64,000 bases of DNA, taken from assembly GCA_021513715.1 (NCBI GenBank), contig CP084167.1, positions 672,001-736,000 on the forward strand. Direction: 5' to 3'. This DNA is from Candidatus Heimdallarchaeum endolithica. GTDB lineage: Archaea > Asgardarchaeota > Heimdallarchaeia > Heimdallarchaeales > Heimdallarchaeaceae. The position numbers and the translations under genes were made by a program. A model generated the notes under the pieces. The model made no database searches. It saw nothing but the letters and a program-made list of their open reading frames with translations, and was not told the origin of the DNA. Shown piece by piece: positions 59,126 through 64,000 of this stretch. How positions within the stretch are numbered: the stretch's first letter is position 1; the number at the start of each line of letters is the position of its first letter.

Positions 59126-62100
59126 CTAGTTATTATATTCTTTTTTTATTTCTAAATAACCTAAGTCATAAAATGATTTAAGATAGAATAAAATTTTACC
59201 TTTTTCAACATCATTCTCAATTTTGCTAACTAGTTCTTCTATAAAAAAGAAATTATCAGTTTCAAGATATTTTCTTAATTGTTTTTCAATATATTTACTC
59301 TTCTTTGTTCTTTTAGGAACATTCAGTTTAATAGGATGCTTCATCCACAAGTAAAGGAATGAAGTGCATTTTTCCATAATTTCTTCTCTTTTTCCATTAA
59401 ACACAGAAGGGTCTCCATTCCAACCTTCTGCATAACTATGAAAGTTTGCTTCAAACCAGAGAATTATAGATTGAATACTCAAGTCAATATCTGAAGTAAT
59501 ATCGTTTTCAGAGAACACATAAATAACATAGTGATCTGTTCTTGCACTAGTAACAACGAAATTCTGATATTGAATTTTTCTAATGTCCCCTGATCCTTTT
59601 TCTGTTAGTTCATTTCCTATTGTAGATATTGCTTGAAAGAAACCAGAAATAAGTGAAGAATCTCTTTGAAAATCTGAACCTAAATTAAGTTCAAAAATAG
59701 AAATCGACGTTTCCTGATGAACAAATATTATTTTCTTTATTGAATTTATCTTTAAATAATCGTTATAGGTTGAAATATAAAATTCTCTTACTTTTTTTCT
59801 TCTAACAACAAAAAAGTAAAAAACTAGAAAAGAAATAGAAGCTGTTAAAATCGGTAAAATAACAAATATTAGCATTCTTTCTAAAAATAAAAATTGGTTT
59901 CTTCCATCAGGTTTTGGGAGATGAGGAGTAGTGGGAGAAACAGAATTAACAATTAATTTAAAACTAAAAATGATACCTAAAGAAGAGTCGTTAAATTTGA
60001 AGCTTTCTTTATTAATTTCTAGATTCAAAGTAAAGTTTCCAGCTTGTATTCCTAATTTTGAGATGTTTAACGAAATTGTTGTATTTTCTCCAGTATTCAC
60101 AATAGTATAATATTCTGTTAAAACTGTAATCTCATTCATTTTTAGTACTACATCATCATTAAAAATTGGGATTGTGTTTTTATTAATATTTGTTTCATTA
60201 GTTACTTTAAAAGTAATATTAGTTACTAAGTCTTGATTAACATTTATTTGGTTTTCTTGAGGAGAAATGAGAGAAAAACTCATTTTATAAAAGATTCTTA
60301 AATAAATTGATTTTGATTGATTATGAAAATACATGCTATTAAAATTAACATCAATAGACTGAATTCCAGCTGGAGCTTCCAAAGAAACATTAGCAAAATA
60401 ATAATCATTTGAGTAAATGAAAGCTCCTTCTGTCATCCAACTAGTACTAAAGATTACTTTTTCGTTTTTAATATAAGGAAAAGTAAAACTTGAATTTAGA
60501 TTAGAAAGGGAATAAATCCAACATTTAATTGATAATACTTCTCCACTAAATTGTTCTACCACTGAATCATTTGTCCAATTTTCTGAAGAAGATTTCACTT
60601 TCCACACAGATTCCATCTTTGTATAAGCTTTAACTATTATACTTCTAGTTAGAAAACCAACTTCTGTTCCATTTTTCCAATAAACAAATAAGGTCCACTC
60701 ACCAGGACAATCAGAATTTTCGAAAGAGGGATCAAGCGTAATATTTGTATAGAATTGGTTGTTGAAAACATTAAAAACCCCAAATTTACTATAACTTGAA
60801 TTATCTAAATATTTTATCAAAGAAGAGAGATTTTCTTTTATTGGGCTAATTTCTCCTTTAGTATTAAATAAGGTGAAATTAATAATTCCTGTGCTTTCAT
60901 TATTCAATAAAATGGTTGAAATGTTTAGTTTAGAACCCTCATAACCATAAAAGAATTCGTCCACTTTTTCCCAATATCCAAGATTGACTTCATTTTGATC
61001 GCTTGAGATAATTGTAATATTATTAATGTAGTTTGGACTAACTGTGAATAAAGTAAAGTTAGCTGCACTCATAGTGTTGTTAAGCCAAATTCTATAATTA
61101 TTATTCACTTTTTGACTAGTTAGGTGCAATGAATTATTCATTATGGTATAAGCGTCACTGGATACCCAATCTTTTTGTACAAAAACTTCTACTACTCTCC
61201 TAAATTGTAAATAAGGGCTTGCATTAGCTGAAGGTAGTTTCCAAAATACCTTCCAATTAATTTCTCTGTTTTCGCTATTATTAGTTACACTATATTGTGA
61301 AATTGCTTCAAATTCTCTATAAAAGAAATAACCGTTATTAAGTTCTAAAATTATTGATGTGTTTACTGTTATAACTTGCAGACCAGAGTTTGTGATTGGT
61401 GAGTTAAGTGTTGAAACTTTAACTCTATTAACTTGCATATCTAACTCAGAAGGGTTAATAAATAACAATTCTTTTCCATTTTCATCAGTAGGACAAAAAT
61501 CCAAAATTAGAGATAAATCAAAAGCATCTGCAAAAGATTGCCAATGTCCATTTTCTTCAGAAAATAATGCTTTTCCATTATCAGTAGCTTTTTTACCTTT
61601 CCAAATGAATGAACTATCACTAGTATTATCAATTATTGATAAATTTGCTACTTAAAAATAGTGACCTTTTTCTAATAAAGAAGGATTGAATTCATAATAA
61701 GAAAAACTTCCTCCAAGTAAATTGTAATTAGATTCATTAAAAGGACTTGACTTAGCTTCTGTAAGGATATAATTCATGTCAGGATAACCAGTCTGATTAG
61801 CTTTAACCACAAATAACTCAAGAGAATTATTTCCTAATCCTGTTCCATAATTCACTTCTAAAGTCATGTTTACTCCATAAAACATTGAGTAATCCCAATA
61901 AACTTCAAACTCTTGGGCGAGAGTTATGTAATTAGCATAAGAAAGTATCGCATTGCTTTTTAAATCCCCAGACTCTAAAATATAATAGTCTCTAACACCC
62001 TTTATTTTTTCTATTAGAAGCGATAATTCTTCATTGGGAAAATCAGCTATTTGTTCAATAACAAAACTATTTGTCCTGGAATTAGAAGAATTTAAAGACA

Positions 62101-62353
62101 TATTTTCATACTGAAAAGTATTTATTTTGTCATAACTAGTCAAATTATTTCCTTCATCAGAAATTGAATTTACTTCCAAACTTTTTTTGGAAGAAAGACT
62201 TTTTACAGTACCTAAAGATGGTAATGTTGGATGATTATTTTTAATTAGATTTTCTTTATTTGAATTTAAAGAATCTTCTCTTAACATTGAAAAGGGTAAA
62301 ATTACAATAACTAGCATGCTAAATAAGATTATTTTCCTTTTAACCCCTTTCAA
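59126..62353 (-). pseudogene. Large ectodomain-TM-longin-like gene split by one in-frame TAA at 61652-61654
   Basis: ORFs 61652-62353 and 59126-61504 share a frame with an open linker (HYF*VANLSII); C-terminal LISGFFQAI. Confidence 0.75.
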
Positions 62354-62431
62354 TTAGAAGACCTATTCCTAATTTTAGTTATTATTTGTTTTTTTTATGT
62401 TACTTAAACATTTTCCAAAATTTAAAATGAG

Positions 62432-62592
62432 TGTATACTCTACCCACGTAGGTAACAAATAAATAGAAAGTGGGTTACGAAGGTAAATGATGAATTATGA
62501 ATAAACCCGAACGTAACCTAGAAAGACTAAGAAAGATTGTGGTTAAAAAAACTTTGGAAGGCAAGAAGATAAAAAAGGTAGCTCACGAAGTA
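62432..62592 (+). mobile_element. IS481-like left-end remnant
   Basis: TGTATACTC...GGTAACAAATAAATAGAA and MNKPERNLERLRKIVVKK, homologous to 29741-29900. Confidence 0.9.
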
Positions 62593-62608
62593 ATAATAAA
62601 AAAAAGGT

Positions 62609-63514
62609 TTAATCAGTGATTGTAATAAACTCTATCTTTTCAATATTTAGAAAGCCAAGTTGAGAAAGTTCATTAACTATTGTTACAAAATCTTCAAAAG
62701 CTATATTTTTAGCTATTTTTTGTTGGTATACATCAAGTAAGGTTTTATGTTGGTTTCCTATACAGTGAGTAATAACTTTTTCATAACTAGAAAAGCTATC
62801 AATAGTTAGAGAATCTTTAATATTGCTCCACTGTCTTCTAAAAACTGAATAGAACTTTAAAGTTGAGTGGGGATAAGCACTTTTTGCATGCAATATCAAA
62901 TCTAATTCAAGAATTTCATCAGTTGAAGGATTCTTTTCTAAATTTGGGTCTAAATATAATATCAAGTATGACAACATTTCTTCATCTAACAAAATTATCG
63001 CTTCTAAAATTGAAGCTAGTTTAGATAACCATTCTTTTGCTCTTCCTTGTTCAATCTGTTTATTTACTTGAGCTTTAATATCAATATAACCAAGTTCAGA
63101 CTTTGATTCTACTTCCACTCCTTGACTTCCATCCAAGATGAATTTTGTTTGTCTTAATCTGTCATTTATTAATAATGTTTTCAAATTTTTAGCTTTAAAG
63201 CTCTTCAGTTTAGATATTTTTTTAGTAGAAAAATCTACTTTTTGTGGAGTCGGTATATTAAAAGAAGAAATCTGTTCAGCACTTGCATCAGTCCCTAGTT
63301 TTACAGGGACTTGTGATCTAACTGTTAGACTTTTATCAACATATAAAATTATTGCATTCAATTTTGAATCTTCACAGTTATGTAAATCCACATATTCTAT
63401 ATACCCTTTTGAATCTACTTCAGAATGAAGAGTTGGATCAACATAAATTACTCTTGTTTTTCTGCAAAGGTTACACTCGTATTCAATTTTTACTTTTTTA
63501 TTATGAATAGTCAA
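62609..63514 (-). CDS. Hypothetical protein with N-terminal CxxC/HxC putative zinc site
   Basis: YECNLC...DLHNC. Confidence 0.55.
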   Translation of the reverse strand: MTIHNKKVKIEYECNLCRKTRVIYVDPTLHSEVDSKGYIEYVDLHNCEDSKLNAIILYVDKSLTVRSQVPVKLGTDASAEQISSFNIPTPQKVDFSTKKISKLKSFKAKNLKTLLINDRLRQTKFILDGSQGVEVESKSELGYIDIKAQVNKQIEQGRAKEWLSKLASILEAIILLDEEMLSYLILYLDPNLEKNPSTDEILELDLILHAKSAYPHSTLKFYSVFRRQWSNIKDSLTIDSFSSYEKVITHCIGNQHKTLLDVYQQKIAKNIAFEDFVTIVNELSQLGFLNIEKIEFITITD

Positions 63515-63608
63515 ATATATTCAAACCCCAGTATATATTAAATCATTCTTTCAAAAAGATTTTATAAATCTTACTGGAGAATCAAACCCCTTTCTCAACT
63601 TTTTTACA

Positions 63609-63998
63609 CTATTCTTTACGAACAGTTTTTCTTGCGACTTCTTCTTCAGAATAATCTACAAGTAAATTATCTAAATCTTTTCGTTTTTGAACTAAAACAA
63701 AAACACCATTCCCTAACATTATTTGTCCTACATATACTTCAGATAGTTCCTTAGATTTTTCAATTATTTTTTTCACTTCATTTGTCTCCACACCACATCT
63801 TTCTGTGAAAAATTGTATGTTATGAGCAAAAATAGAAACAGAAGGATTTTTGTATAAGTTAGATAGAGCTTTTTGTCCTGCATTAATTATATTTTTCTTT
63901 TTTTTTGCATTTCTTATTATACTTTTGGTCTTCAAAGGTCCAAAGGTTTTTGTGGCAACAATATATTTTCTATCTTCAATTAAAGGCTCTGATATTCC
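63609..63998 (-). CDS. C-terminal part of a GHMP kinase, probably pantoate kinase (5' end outside window)
   Basis: Frame open to the window edge; FGPLKTKSII, GQIMLGNGVF. Confidence 0.55.
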   Translation of the reverse strand, partial: GISEPLIEDRKYIVATKTFGPLKTKSIIRNAKKKKNIINAGQKALSNLYKNPSVSIFAHNIQFFTERCGVETNEVKKIIEKSKELSEVYVGQIMLGNGVFVLVQKRKDLDNLLVDYSEEEVARKTVRKE

Positions 63999-64000
63999 TA

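Noticed and set aside
36952-61654. TAA recoding or readthrough suggested by two in-frame TAA codons
   Set aside because: TAA is the normal stop for many intact genes here, and both cases adjoin IS insertions, consistent with decay or error.

Overview
Very AT-rich archaeal chromosomal DNA. The gene content points to an Asgard archaeon, probably Heimdallarchaeia (inference): two tandem Rab-like GTPases, four longin-like fusion proteins, TPR proteins, FG-GAP/Ca-repeat surface proteins and oligo-T gene ends. Housekeeping-type genes include a K+-independent H+-PPase, a P-type ATPase, a class V aminotransferase, VKOR, MFS transporters and a partial pantoate kinase. There is also a bacterial-like MoxR/VWA cluster, an intact IS481-like element, an intact IS5-like element and several remnants. 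No CRISPR array, tRNA or rRNA was recognised. Two stand-out observations. (1) A mobile-element family has ends reading CATG-N8-TTTT(GTAC/ACGT/GTAT)AA, seen 8 times including one partial copy. It inserts at CATG, and the full-length copy (37114-38904) carries a 504-aa TnpB with a Fanzor-type rearranged RuvC site plus a covarying omega-RNA-like structure downstream of the ORF. Nearby deletions and an inversion break exactly at CATG, suggesting recombinase-like mobility. (2) The gene it interrupts begins with nine ~28-aa WH2-like (helix + LKxV) repeats followed by a sigma4-like HTH and a TPR domain, a candidate actin-binding regulator. A single-pass receptor-like protein with a cytoplasmic RING-like domain is also notable. 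All family assignments are from motifs read by eye; no searches were run.
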